A stretch of 64,000 nt of DNA from an uncultured Gemmatimonadaceae bacterium (GCA_963829055.1 CAWHHI010000012.1:384001-448000), one strand, 5' to 3'. Shown: positions 41,850-54,764, counted from the stretch's first letter. Numbers and translations: made by a program. The notes: generated by a model not told the origin, from the sequence alone.

Positions 41850-42996
41850 TGCGGTTGCGGTAGCTGGGAAAGGGCAGCTTCCTGGAACGCTGGTGTGCCC
41901 ATGACGTCGTCGACGTCGATACGACGAATTGAGACCGCGTGGCGCGATTCGACAAGCCCCTGTGCGGTGCCGCGGTCCGAGCGCCCCGCGCCCCTACGCC
42001 ACAACCGGGTCGCCACCGCTCCGCAGCGCGTCACGAACAATCCGCGCGCGAGCTTCCATGGCGCGCGCCTGCTTTTGAAACCGCTCGCTCGACCGAACGT
42101 GCTGCCGGTCGTGAGCGCGCTTGGCCAACCGGTGCAGCAGCGCCGCGTTCTCCTCGAGCGCGCGAAGCGCGATCCACAGCGCCTCGTCGAGCGCCTTTCG
42201 ATTGCGCGGCCACGAGCGATTCGGCGCTGTATGCGTGTCCCGTGCGACACCGAAAACGTTCGAGCGTCCCGTCCGGTCGTTCGAATAATACGCCGTGGCA
42301 CTCCGGACAGCTGAATGGCGATGGGACCGCGGTCCATTGTTCGGGGTGAAGATTTCCCGCCTCAATCTCGACCGCGTCGAGCTCATCCGCCCCATCGCTC
42401 CGCGGCTCCGGTTCGTCTGCACTGGATGCCAGGACGTCCACCAACCGCACCAACTCATTCGCGACGGCCGGCACATCGCCCACGAAGTCCACGAGGACGT
42501 TTTCGATCGCGCTCTGCGGCATCCCGGCGAACATGGCGTCGTTCGGATCCTGCACCAGCGCCCTGCCCCCGTGTTCCTTGATCGCCAGCAGACCAGCCGT
42601 GCCGTCGTCGAGGGAACCAGAGAGCACCACCCCCAGCACGCGCCGCCCGTGCGCGCGCGCCGCGGTGCGGAAGAGCGGATCGACGGCGGGACGGTGGCCG
42701 TTCTCGTTAGGGCCTTTCACGACGCGCATGTTGTGGCGCTTCACGAGAAGGTGATGACCCGGCGGTGCGACGTAGATGCGGCCGTGCAGGAGCGGCTCTC
42801 CGTCCACCGCGTGCGTCGCCCTGAGGGCACCTCCTCGCGTGAGGATCTGAGGCAGGCTGCTCGTCGATTCTTCCGGAACGTGGAGCGCAACCGCCATGGC
42901 GGCAGGCAACTCCTGCGGCAACATGCTGACGAGCGCGGTGAGTGAAGACACGCCTCCCGCTGATGCTCCGATGACAATGACGTTGCAGGGTGCCAT
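41846..42996 (-). CDS. CheB-type methylesterase with C-terminal Zn-finger/coiled extension; frameshift ~42190
   Basis: GASAGG, RPAVDPLF, LDDG, CPECHG..RFRCRTGH, LWIALRALEE. Confidence 0.88.
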
Positions 42997-43012
42997 GAGC
43001 GCTTCTACCGCC

Positions 43013-43055
43013 AGAAATCGGCCACGAGAAATCGGCCACGAGAAATCGGCCACGA
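43013..43055. repeat. 14-bp tandem repeat x3 upstream of cheB
   Basis: agaaatcggccacg x3. Confidence 0.9.
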
Positions 43056-43344
43056 TTGTGAGTCTCGCCAATCCGGAATTGCCGCTGCGCGCGATCGTCC
43101 TCTTCCGGTCACGGCAAGTGTCTCGCCGTGTGCACACCAGGGCGTCTCGTAGCATCTCTCGATCACCGGTAGTCTTTTGCCGAACAATGACTTGGGCGTG
43201 TGAGTCGGCTGCGGCCCCGGGGATGCTTCAGCGACTCCTGCCGCAGCGAGAGGTGCTCATGCATTCGAAGTCCACTACGGTCCTGCTCCGGTGGGAGACA
43301 GCGCACGCGCGACGGGCGGTGCGCCAATCTCGCGTCGGAACCGC

Positions 43345-43940
43345 CATGCTCACGATGTTCGTCGCGCTGACCGTGGCCGCGGCGACGGCGAACGCACAAT
43401 CGCGCTACCTGCTCTCGCCGTTCGCTGCTCGCAACGCCTCGCTCGATGGAACGCCGACGCTCGTCGGCGCGGCGGTCACGATGTATGGGGGCTCGCTCGG
43501 TGGAATGGCCGGCCTGCGATTCGGAGGTGCGTACGACGTGCGATCGCTCGCCGGTTCCACGACGACGACCGACACGGAGCGCGCCTGGGGTATGGACGCG
43601 GACGCCGTGCTGTCGCCAGCGAGGTTGCCCGTCATCGGTCCGTTGCTCGGCGGCTTTCTTCCGACGGTCTTCTCCGGGATCGGAGTAGAAGGTGTTCGGC
43701 GCAGTGACGGCACGGGTGGCCAATCCATCGTGACGAGCTACGGCGCTGGTGTAACGAGAACCATCGCGGGTCTGCTATCGATCGATACCGAAGCGCGACG
43801 ACGCATCCCGGTGAGTTGGACGGGTGCGTCGAGCGACGGCTCGCAGGCGAGCGCGATCGCGAATCGGGGGTGGGAGTATCGCCTTGGCATTTCGATCGGC
43901 TTCGGCGGGCAATCGGCGCCGCGACGGGGCCTTGGGAAGG
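43345..43940 (+). CDS. Putative outer-membrane beta-barrel protein; C-terminus runs into a repeat element
   Basis: Signal peptide ending ANA-QS, beta strands, WEYRLGISIGF; start and end approximate. Confidence 0.55.
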
Positions 43941-44160
43941 AGGCCATAGGAAGGAGGCCGCAGGACGGAGGGCGGAGGGCGGACGGCGGACGGCGGAGAA
44001 AGGCATGTCATCCCGAGGAGCGCGCAGCGAGCGAAGGGACCTTCTGTGACAGATCTCGTGGCTCGTGTACCGCCACAAGAACGATCGAGAAGATCCCTCG
44101 CTGCGCTTCGCTGCGCTCGGGATGACACGCTGCTCCTTCCTCCTCAGGCCTCCTTCCTAA
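43938..44160. repeat. Nested repeat: 7-bp purine-rich tandem plus TGTCATCCCGAG...CTCGGGATGACA palindrome
   Basis: ggacgga/gggcgga/ggacggc units; IR at ~44007-44127. Confidence 0.75.
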
Positions 44161-44178
44161 GACCTGGCCTCGTCGGTC

Positions 44179-47105
44179 TCACGGATTGTACCTGACCCCC
44201 GCGTACACCCCGACGCGATGACGGAACGGGTCATCCCACGAATACGCCGCGCCCGCGCGGATCGCGATCGCCGGAATGGCGAACGCCGGAAAGGCCGGCA
44301 CCGCGTAGTCCGCGTCGACGCCCGCCACCCGCGCCCACCCGGTCATGTTCTCCCGCGTCGTGCCGATCCAGTAGAACGGACGCAGCGGGCCGAACGCGGT
44401 AGACGCACGGAACGTCATCGCGTGCGTACCGAGCGCGAAGCCGACGGGCAGCGCCGGCATCACGATGCGCTGCGACAGAACGGGGGCATCGACCAGCGGT
44501 GTCGTCGAGCCGCCGATCGCGAACCGCTCGAACGCGCCGCCGCCGCCGTCACTGCCGGCAACGATCGCATCGATACGACCGCCGCCGAACGGAGTCGCCA
44601 CGTCGGCGGTGAGTGAGCCGATCGCGCGTGCCCAGCCGAGGCCGTCCGTCGCGCCGCGCGACGCGTGCACGCCTAACGACAGGTCGGTGCGATAGCCGCC
44701 GCGTCGCATGCGCATCGCGCCGCGCGCTTCGCCGAACGCGAGCCCGCGTACCGCACCGTCGACATCCGGCTGGTCCAGCGTCCCGAGGTTCGCGCCGATG
44801 CGCAGTCGGAGTGCCGCGCGCCCGTAGTCGCGCGTCGTCGACGTGCTGATCGTCGCGCCGCTGTACGTCGCGTCGAGCAGCGAGCCAAACGGTGCCCCCT
44901 CGTCGCGAAACGCTCGTTGGGCCGAGGGACGCTGCTCGGCGTGAAACAGCGTGCCGTCGATGCTCATCGATCCGGGGACGATGGCAGGCGTGCCCCGCCA
45001 CGACGCCGTGAGCGACGCACCGCGCCACGTCGAGCGCTCGCCGTACGCGCCGTTGAGCGCATACGCGAATCGTCCCACTGGGTCCAGACCGAGCAACATC
45101 AACGACGCGTAGCCGCCCTCGGGCGAATAGCTGCCACCCGGCAGCACGCGGTGCTGGTGCGGACCGGCTCCGTACGCGCGTGGCGAGCCTGGAGTCGCGC
45201 GCGGGAACGTGTCGACGCGTTCGACTGGAGTGGGCACAGCCGGCGCGAGCGACGTCGGGAGCGCAACGGTCCGGCTCTCACGTCGGTCTCCGAGCGTGAT
45301 GCGACGCAGGTCCAACCCGCGGGCGTGCAGAGTGAGAAAGAAGACCGAGCTGTCGGCGGGATTCGGCGCCGGAGCCATCACCGCGCTGGCGACGCGCGTC
45401 ACGCGTCGTGGACGTCCGGCTGTCAAGGTCGATCGTCTCGACGTTAGGCACGCCGCCGGCATCGGACACGCAGACGAGCGTCCGACCACCCGGCACGAAG
45501 TCCGCGTCGTAGCGGTTCGCGCCGTCGTCCGGATCGACGAAGGTGAGCGTGGCATCGCCGTCCGCAGCGGTGGGCTCGAGCGGCACCATGGCGAGCCGCC
45601 ACCTGCCCTCGCGCTGCACCGAGACCAGAACGGACTGCCCATCCGGCGCGACACGCGGGCGATAGAACGGCGTCGACGGCGTCGCGCGCCGAATGACGAC
45701 GACCGCGCCAGTCACGAGGTCCACACGCACGAGATCGCACAGACCGTTCTCGCATCGGACGCCGACGGCGGTCCGGCCGTCCGCCAGCGGATCGGCATCG
45801 CGCACCGATGCGCCCTTCGTGATGCGGCGCAGCGCACCCCGGCGATAGTTCCATTCGTACAGGTCGGAGCGGTAGGCGCCATCGCCTAACGGCTCATCGT
45901 GCGACACGAGCAGCCGCAGCGAGTCGGCGAAGAAGCGCGGCGACTGGAACGCGCGCCCGGCGGCGGGACGGAGTACCGCGAGCGGCGTTTTCGGCCGCGG
46001 CTCCCCCGGAATCGCAGGCACGTCCTGTGGATCGAGCGCCAGCAGCCGCTCGCGCGCTCGTCGCTCGCGCGTCGTATCGACGCGTTCTACGGTGCGCCAC
46101 ACGACCACCGGACCAGGCAGCGTGCGACTCTCGGCAGTTCGATCGCCATGCGACCTCCCGTCAGCCGACACGGCCGGCTAGCCGGTCGACCAGCGTCGTC
46201 GCTGCACCAGGACACCGGTGTCCAGTCCGGCCGCCGCGAGCGTGTCTCGCACCGCGAGCGCGCGGCGGGTGAGGTCGACCGTGAAGCGACCGTACAACTC
46301 GTCAGGCGGCGCGCCGTACACGCCGGCGAACGCCTGCGCGAACGACCGTGGCTGCCGCGCACTCAGTCGGCGCCAGACGGCGACGAGACTCGAGTCTCCG
46401 CGCTGCGCGACGAGCCACTCGAGGTACGCCGAGCCGACGAGGTACGCCATCGCACCGGCCGCGAAGTCGCCGCCTGACGAGAGCTGCGCGTACGTCGGGA
46501 GCTTTCCTTCGAGCGCCCACTGTCGCAGGTAGGCGGCGCGAGCCGCACCGTGCGGTCGTCCGCTTCCCGTTAGGCGGCCTTCGACGTACGTCGCGTACCC
46601 TTCCACGGCCCAGCGTGGCGTCCGCAGCGGGACCGGCCCGAGGCGCAGCGGCAGCAATCTGCCAGAAGCGCCGCTCGCTTGGGATTGCGCGTCGGCCGCT
46701 CGAGGTGCGCGATGTGCGCGTACTCGTGGACGGCGAGCAACTCCGGCCAGTCGCGATACGTCCCGAGCATCCCGGACGGGTCGGGTGGCGTCGGCCAGAG
46801 CACGATGAGCGGATCCGCGAGCGGCGCGTTCGCGAATCCGTTCGATTGATTGATCGGATCCTCGATGATCAGCGTGATGCGCCGGCGCGGCGAATATCCC
46901 ACCATCGCCGATACGGCATCGTGCGACGCCATCGAGCCGCGTCGTGAGCTCCCGCGTCCACTCCGTCATCGACGACGGGTAGTGCACCTCGAAGTACCGC
47001 GTGCGTACCGTCATCCAGTCGAGCGCCGGCCGCGCGACGTTGGACTGCGCACCGAGTGAAGCCGACAGCGCAGAGCGACGCGGCAACCGCGACGCGAGCG
47101 AGCAT
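44179..47105 (-). CDS. Large OM-associated protein with HExxH domain, TolB/PD40-like propeller and beta-barrel; multiple frameshifts
   Basis: RTRYFEVHY, HEYAH, PRWAVEGYA, APDG repeats, C-terminal VYAGVRY; start approximate. Confidence 0.65.
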
Positions 47106-47140
47106 GGCGCGTGCGCGACTTGCCGACGCACGCTGATCGT

Positions 47141-48008
47141 CTACTCGCTCTTCCAGGTCGCCGCCAGGAACGGCGTCGTCGTCGGCTGCGGCGAGCCGCC
47201 GGTCGGCTCGTCCGTCACAGCGGTGACCGCAATGCGAAGTCCCGGCCGGCAGCGCCAACGACGCGAGCGCGCGGCCGCTCGAGTCGGTGTTGAACGTGCC
47301 GAGGCTCACCGGCGGACGGCCGGTCTCGATTCCCCACAGCTGGTACGTGCGGCCCGCGCGCCGCCGGCGGCAGCGAGCTCGCGGCGATGACGATCCGGCC
47401 TGCCACGTCGGTCGAGGAAATACCGCGCCGACGGACTGCGGGCCCGTACCGCTGACATTCACGGCCTGCACGTCGGGCGCACACGAGCGATGGCGATGAG
47501 CGAGTCGCGACGCGCGAGCGTCGCACCCGTCGAATCCATCGTGAGTCGCGCGCTCGCCAGTGCCTGCTCGGCGGCCAGCGCGCGCGTCGCGCTCACCGCG
47601 ATAGCGCTGGCCGAGTACGACGGCGATGACGATGGCCGCGGCGGCAGCAAGCCAGGGCAGCGATCGTGCGCGCCGAGGCTCGCCGATGCACGCGACTCGC
47701 CAGCGCGCGGTCGCGCCGGGCGGTTCGGGAGCCGGCGCAGTGGCGTCGCGAGTCGCGGACTGCGCGACGCTCGAGATCGGACGCACGGCCCGCGCGTCGG
47801 CGAGAATGCGATCGCGCAGCGCCGGGCGGAGGAGCGACCTGCTTGATGCCCTGGCCGATCAGCCCGGCGACGTCGCTGCAGCTCACGGACCTCCGCGGCA
47901 CAGACGTCGCACGACGCGAGGTGCGCCTCGAACGACACGCGCTCGTTTTCGTCGAGCGCGCCGAGCGCGTACGGGGCCGCGTGCTCGAGCCAGGACGTGG
48001 GACGTCAT
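47141..48008 (-). CDS. Anti-sigma factor, RskA-like (frameshifted)
   Basis: [14 protein letters not shown] motif, TM, TYQLWGI, PVSLGTF. Confidence 0.8.
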
Positions 48009-48609
48009 GCGCCGGCCTCGAGCACGGGACGCAGCGCCTGCCGCAGTTTCTCCATCGCCGGCGCGCATTCGCGTCTTCACGGTCCCGAGCGGCTCGGACA
48101 GCTGCGCCGCGATCTCGCTCTGCGAGAGCCCACCGAAGTACGCGAGCTCGATGACCCGCCGTTGCGGCAGCCGGCAGCTCCGCGAGCGACCGCCGCACGA
48201 TCGCGCTCGTCTCCGACAGCTCCGCGCCGCGGTCCGCTGACTCGACCGTCGGCGCGAGCACGAGCGTCTCGCCTTCGTCGGTCACGACCGCCGCTTCCTC
48301 GAGCACGCGCGCTCGTCGTTTCCGCGACCGGACGAGGTCGAGTGCGCGCGTTCGCACGATCGTCGCGACCCACGCGGCGACGCTGCCTCGCGCAGGGTCG
48401 AAGCCGGATGCCGAGCGCCATATCTGGGCGAACGCGTCGGCAACGACCTCCTCGGCGTCGGCGTGCTCGCCGACGATGGCGCAGGCGAGCGAGAATGCCA
48501 TGCCCCCGTACCGATCGTACAGGTCGCCGAGGGCACGCTCGTCACCGCTAGCGGCCAGCGCAACGAGCGCAGAGTCAGGGGATTGGACCCCTGCCGGGTG
48601 AGTCGGCAT
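48005..48609 (-). CDS. ECF sigma factor, SigK-like (frameshifted)
   Basis: [35 protein letters not shown]; region 4 in a shifted frame. Confidence 0.88.
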
Positions 48610-48849
48610 AACCTCCGAGAAGTGGCACGCGGCCGGAACCGCGCTCAAATTGCTCCGCGGAACGTCGGCGCACCGGGCATGCGTCCGAATGGATGTCGAG
48701 CAGCATGAGCATCGGCATCTGGCATGGATCGCAGCGGCTCGGTCGGCAGACAGCGAGCTCCGGATGTCGACGATCGGCCGAACCCCGGATACGTCCCCTG
48801 GCGATCGCACGCGATGAGCCGATGCAAAGCCGATCGGTGGTTCGCAGTC

Positions 48850-51800
48850 CGCGCGATCGTGCCCACCGGCCGCCGGATCTGCGCGATGGCCTGGTCGCGT
48901 CCAGCGCCTCGCGCACCTGCGTCGTGGCGAGCGTCTCGGACGGTGAAGTGGCTTCGCCGAGAACGCCTGCGGCCGAGGTCGCCGCCCGACGCCGGCCAGC
49001 TCGCCGTCGTCGTTGTAGCCCGGACATGAACAGGATCGGCAGCCCCGGACGAGCTGCCGCCGAGCGCGCGCGACAGCTCGCGGCCACCCATGCCCGGCAT
49101 GATCACGTCGCTCAGCACGAGGTCGATCGCGTCGCCGCGCTGGGCGCAGACCCGGAGCGCCTCGTTGCCGTCGCGGGCCTCGACGAATCGCGTAGCCCTG
49201 CGCCTCGAGCACGCGCCTGACGATCAGTCGGACCGCGTCCTCGTCCTCGACCACGAGCACCGTCTCCGTGCCCGCGCGGCAGCGCGTGTGCCGATCGGCG
49301 TGCTCGCCTTCGCGCGGGACCGTCGCCGACACCTGCGGCAGGATGATGTCGAACGTCGTCCCGCGGCCCGGCGCGCTTCGCACGTCGATGTGCCCGCCGC
49401 TCTGACGCACGATGCCGTACACCGTCGACAGGCCGAGGCCGGTGCCCTTCCCCTTGGCCTTGGTCGTGAAGAACGGCTCGAAGATGCGCTGCTGCGTCTG
49501 CGCATCCATGCCGACGCCGGTGTCGCGCACGGAGAACACGACGTGCCTGCCCGGGTTCACGCCGGCGTGGCGACGCGCGTACGCGGCGTCGAGCTGCACG
49601 ACGCGCGTCGAGATCGCGAGCACACCGCCGTTCGGCATCGCGTCGCGCGCGTTCACGACGAGGTTCATCACGACCTGCTCGATCTGGCCACGATCGGCGC
49701 GCACGGCGCCAATGCTGTTCTCGAACTGCGTCACGAGCGCGATGTCCTCGCTGATCACGCGGCGGAGCAGGCGCTCCATGTCGCCGATGACGTCGTTCAG
49801 ATCGAGCACCTGCGGCTGCAGCACCTGACGACGCGAGAACGCGAGCAGCTGTCGCGTCAGCGACGCCGCACGCGCCGCCGCCTGCGTGATCTGATGCGCG
49901 TCCGACCGCCGCGGATCCTGCTCGGGAAGCGCGTTGAGCAGGAACTGACCGTAGCTCGTGATGACCGTGAGCAGGTTGTTGAAGTCGTGCGCGACGCCGC
50001 CGGCGAGCTGGCCGACGGCGTCCATCTTCTGCGCCTGACGCAGCTGCTCCTCCATCATCTTCCGCTCGGTGACGTCGGCCATGACCCACACGGTCCCGAG
50101 CACGCCGCCAATGCCACGCAGCACTGCCGTCGAGACGTAGACATCCACGAGCGTGCCGTCCTTCCGCGCGCAGCGCGTCTCGTAGCCGGTGAACGAGTGC
50201 TCGCCCGTCGCCGAGAGTCGTCGCATGTCGTCCTCGAGCTGCTCGACCGGAAGGATCGGGATCGGGCGCCCGAGCACGTCGCCGGCGAACCATCCGAACA
50301 TGCGCTCGGCGGCGACGTTCCATTCGCTCACCGTGCCGTTGATGTCCGTCGTGACGATGGCGAGCGGCGACGCCTGGATGAGCGTCTGCAGCGTGTCGTT
50401 CGTCTCGCGCAGCTCACGCTCGGCGCGGTGGCGCTCCGTGACGTCGTGCGCCAGCGTTAGGCGTGCCGGCCGGTCGAGCACCGACAGCGCGTGCGTCACG
50501 ACCTCGACCGAGATGATGCGGCCGTCCTTCGTGCGATGCTGCCATACGCCACCGTCGAACTCCGGCGAATCCGGCGCGCGCGCCGCGGCGAGCAGCTTCG
50601 GGACTTCCTCAGCCGGGCGGATGTCGGTGATCCGCATGCCGAGGAATTCGGCGCGCGAGTAGCCATAGTGCTTCACGGCCGCATCGTTCACCGCGACGAA
50701 CGCGAGCGTCTCGATGTCGTAGACCCACATCGGCAACGGGTTCGCGTCGAACAGGAGCCGGTACCACTCCTCCGACGCGCGCAGCCGCTCTTCCGCGCGC
50801 TTCTGCTCGGTGATGTCGCGCGCGACGGCGTACACGTGGCCCTGCTCCTTGCCCGACGACTGGATCGTCCAGCCGAGCCACTTGTAGCTGCCGTCCTTGC
50901 AGCGGAGGCGGTTCTCGTATCGCTGCGAGGCGTCGCCTGACGCGAGCGAGCCGCAGCGCCATCGATGGCGACCGGCGCGGTCGTCCGGATGAATCGAGCT
51001 CGAGCACCGGCATCGCCAGCAGCTCGTCCGGCTCGTAGCCGAGCACCGCGCAGAACGCCGGGTTCACGCGAATGAACTGCCCGCGTGAACGACGCGATGC
51101 AGAACATGTCGGCGGAGAGCGAGAAGAACCGATCTCGTTCGCGCTCGGCGGCCCGACGCTCGGTGAGGTTGAGCATCGAGCCGATCATGCGGCGCGGCGC
51201 GCCGTTCGCGTCCCGAAGCACGTAGCCGCGGTCGAGCATCTCGGCGTACGTGCCGTCGCCGCAGCGGAAGCGATACTCGGCGGTCCAGATCTGCGTGTCG
51301 GAGTCGAGCGCGTCGGTGAGGCTGCGCGAGCGTCGCGTCGCGATCGTCCGGGTGGATGCGATCCGACCACCACTCGATGCTCGCGGCCGAGAGCTCGTCC
51401 GTCGGCGCGCGGAACGCGAGGCTCGCGCCTTCGCTCCACTGCGACGGCGCTCGTGCGAATGTCCCAATCCCAGATGACGTCGTTCGTCGCGCGCGCGGCG
51501 AGTCGGTGACGCTCTTCGCTCGCCGCGAGTGCAACGGTTCGCGTCTGCGAGCGTCGCCGCCATGTGGTTGAACGACGCCGCGAGCGTTCCGACCTCGCCG
51601 GGCGCGCGCACGTCGGTGCGCGCCCCGAGGTCGCCGGACCCGAACCGCGCGGCGTCGGCGGTCAGCTTGCGCAGCGGATCGGCAATCCGCGGCGCCACGA
51701 GCGCCGCGAGGAACAGCGCGCCGCCGAGGCCCAGCGCGCCGAACAGCGCGAGGAATCGCCACTCGGGCTCATTGGCGAGCGGAGAATCGTCGGCTCGACT

Positions 51801-52640
51801 CGGCCGACGACGACGAGCCACGGCGCCGCCGTGACGCGTTGGTACGCGTACTCGTCGCCGAGGCTGCGCATCGGCCGAATCGACGAACCCGGAGTCGGCC
51901 TCGTCGCATGCGTTGGACAGCCGTCCGGCGTCGACGAGTCGCGTGCCGACCGGAATCGGCGTGCCGCCGACTCGGGCGAGCACGGTCCCGTCATCGTCGA
52001 GGAGCGTGATGATGCTGCCGGATCGTCCGGCGTCGCCGACCGCGAGGAATCGCGCGAGGCTGTCGAGTCGCGCGGATACGGACGCGACGCCGGCGATGCG
52101 CCACCGTCATGTCGGATGCGCCGCGCCATCGTTAGGCTCCAGCCGCCGCTCTCGCGACTCTCGATCGGGCGACCGACCGTCAGGTGAGTCGCCGCGAGCG
52201 CCTCGCGGAAGAACCGGTGCGCGGCGACTTCCATCTTGCGCGCCCTCGCCGGGTCCGGTCGGACGAGCCAATGTTGTGGCCGTCGTTGCCCCAGAGCGCG
52301 AGGTTCGTGAACGTAGGACGGAAGCTCCGACCGCAGCCGGCGCAGCATCGCGTCGTTCCTTGCGATCGACGCCGGTGTCCGTGGACGCCGCCTGCGGCGA
52401 TCGCGACCAGCAGCCCCTCGATGGTCCCGAGCTGGTCGTCGACGCGCGCGCCGACCTGAGCGGCCAGGTCCCGTGAGCCTGGCGCGCGTGTCACGGTCGT
52501 GATCGCGCTCGATAACTCGCGTACGTGGTCGCGAAGAGCGCGATCCACGGCAGCAGCATCGCCAGCACCAGCAGCACCAGGCGCTCGCGGATCCCGAGCG
52601 CCGCCAGTCGCGCGCGCAATTGCGCCGCAATTCGTGTCAC
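48850..52640 (-). CDS. Hybrid histidine kinase (sensor-HAMP-multi-PAS-HisKA-HATPase-REC); multiple frameshifts
   Basis: HAMP GEVGTLAASFNHM, QAQKMDAVGQLAGGVAHDFNN, GTGLGL, LSDVIMPG; ends approximate. Confidence 0.85.
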
Positions 52641-52802
52641 GAGTGGCGCACCCTCCCCGCTACAGATGGAACACACGCCGGCCAGCACGACCAGAGGCGG
52701 AGACATGACAGAGGGTGACGGCACAGTGCGCGTAAACGTAACCCGCGGCCGGCGGCATCCCACAGTCACCGCACGTTCGACCGACTCTGAGGAGAGATCT
52801 GC

Positions 52803-53302
52803 ATGACCGCTTCACCCTTCGCGCACTCGTGCCTTCGTCGCCGCCGCCTCGTTCGCGCTCGTCGCCGCCGCCCCCTCATTCGGGCCGCCGTGGATCTCGA
52901 TCGAGACACCACCCAACCCGTTGATCCGACGTCGCGCGGCGCCTTTCTCGTCGTCCACACGTTTCACCACCGCGAGGCATCGTCGCGTCGGGCGTGACCG
53001 GCACCGCCGAAGGCATCGTCTCCGGCGCGCGGCGCAGCATTCCGCTGGCGTTCGATACGACCTCGCGACGCGGCACCTACGCCCTGCGGAAACAGTGGCC
53101 GACCGATGGGACGTGGATGCTCGTGATCAACACCGGCGGCCAGGCCCAGGGCGTGACCGCGCTCGTGGACATTTCGTCCGCAGGGCGACGTCGCGCGCGT
53201 GCGCGTGCCGACCGACGATCGCGATGGCTGGGATCTTGCCGCGCAGGTGACCGCGCGAGACATCGACGCGGCACTCGCAGGCGCGAACATGACAGGGCGT
53301 GA
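52803..53302 (+). CDS. Hypothetical exported protein (frameshifted)
   Basis: GPPWISIETP, GAFLVVHTFHH, GTAEG, KQWPTDGTW across frames. Confidence 0.5.
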
Positions 53303-53392
53303 GCGCCCAGAGGTAACGCGGTCGTCCGAAGCGGCACGGCACGGCGCCACAATTGCAAGAGTGCGCGGGAGCGAAAGACGGCACCGGGAGCG

Positions 53393-54764
53393 ATGCAGAT
53401 GCGGCGCCCGGTGCCGCGACATCGCCCGCTTTCGCTCCACGGAGACCTGCACGTGCTCGTCGTTCTCTGGACGCTCGGCGCCATCGCCGCTGCTGCTCCT
53501 GCTCGCGCTGGCGCTCATCGGCCTTCGCTACCTCACGCGCGGCACGCCGGTGGCGAGACGTCAGCGACGCGGAAGGAAATCGCGAGCTGCCGCAGACCGA
53601 CGATGAGCTGTTCGAGTGCTTCGATCGAGCTGCTGACCGGCACGACGTTCACGTCAGGGAATCACGCCGAGCTGTGTCTCAACGGCGACGGCACGTACGA
53701 CCGATTGTTCGCGGATCTCGCGTCCGCGCGACGAGACGATCACGCTGCAGATGTACTACTGCCAGCCGGGCAAGGTCGCCGATCGATTCGCCGAGGTCAT
53801 GCGCGAGCGCGCGAAGGCCGGCGTTCGCGTGCTCTTCCTGCTCGATGCCTTCGGGTCGGCGACGCTCACCGAAGGACTACCTCCGAGTCGCTCGCGGCTG
53901 CTGGCGTCGAGGTCGCGAAGTTCCGGCCCGTGCAACTGGTACGCGCTCGAGAAGGCGTACGCGCGCTCGCACATCCGGGTCGTCGTCGTCGATGGACGCA
54001 TCGGCTACACCGGCGGCTTCGGCATGGACGACAAGTGGCTCGGCGACGGACGCCACGCGGACCAGTGGCGCGATACGAACGTGCGCTTCACCGGGCCGGC
54101 GGTGCAGCAGCTTCAGGCGACGTTCGCGACGGGCTGGGCCGAGGCGACCGGTGAGTTGCTCACGGGCCCCGACCATGTTTCCCGACGCCTCCGACGATGG
54201 CAACGGGCGCGATGCGCGCGACGCTGCTGCACACGGCGCCGACGATCGGCAGCACGGCCGCGGAGCGCTTGCTCGCGCTGTCGATCGCCGCGGCTCGACA
54301 CACGCTCTACATCACGAACTCGTACTTCGTGCCTGACGATGATTTCGTTCGTCTGCTGCGCGAAGCCGCCGCGTCGCGGCGTCGATGTCCGCGTGCTCAC
54401 GCCCGGAAAGCTCAACGACGTGAAGAGCACGTGGTACGCAGGTCGTGCGCAGTACGAGCGACTGCTCGAGGGCGGCGTGCGAATCTTCTGGTATCAGCCC
54501 GCGATGATCCACGCGAAGGCATTCGTCGTGGACGGCTGCTGGGCATCCGATCGGGACGATGAACTTCGACAACCGGTCGCTCGCGTTCAACGACGAGTCG
54601 AACCTGCTCGTGCTCGACGATGCGTTTCGGCGCGACGGTGCGCGACATGTTTCTCGATGACCTCACGCGTTCGAAGGAAGTGACGCTCGAAGCGTTCCGG
54701 CGGCGTCCGCGGAAGGAGCGACTCCTCGAGTGGGGTGCGAGTCGGGTGGCGCGTAGTCCTGTAG
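53393..54764 (+). CDS. cls: Cardiolipin synthase / PLD family (frameshifted)
   Basis: RSHIRVVVVDG..GYTGG, WRDT, HAKAFVVDG, NFDNRS. Confidence 0.8.

Noticed and set aside
47593..50835. 1080-aa kinase-ECF sigma fusion ORF
   Set aside because: The linker is out-of-frame junk and the REC domain continues in other frames; a chance read-through caused by indels.
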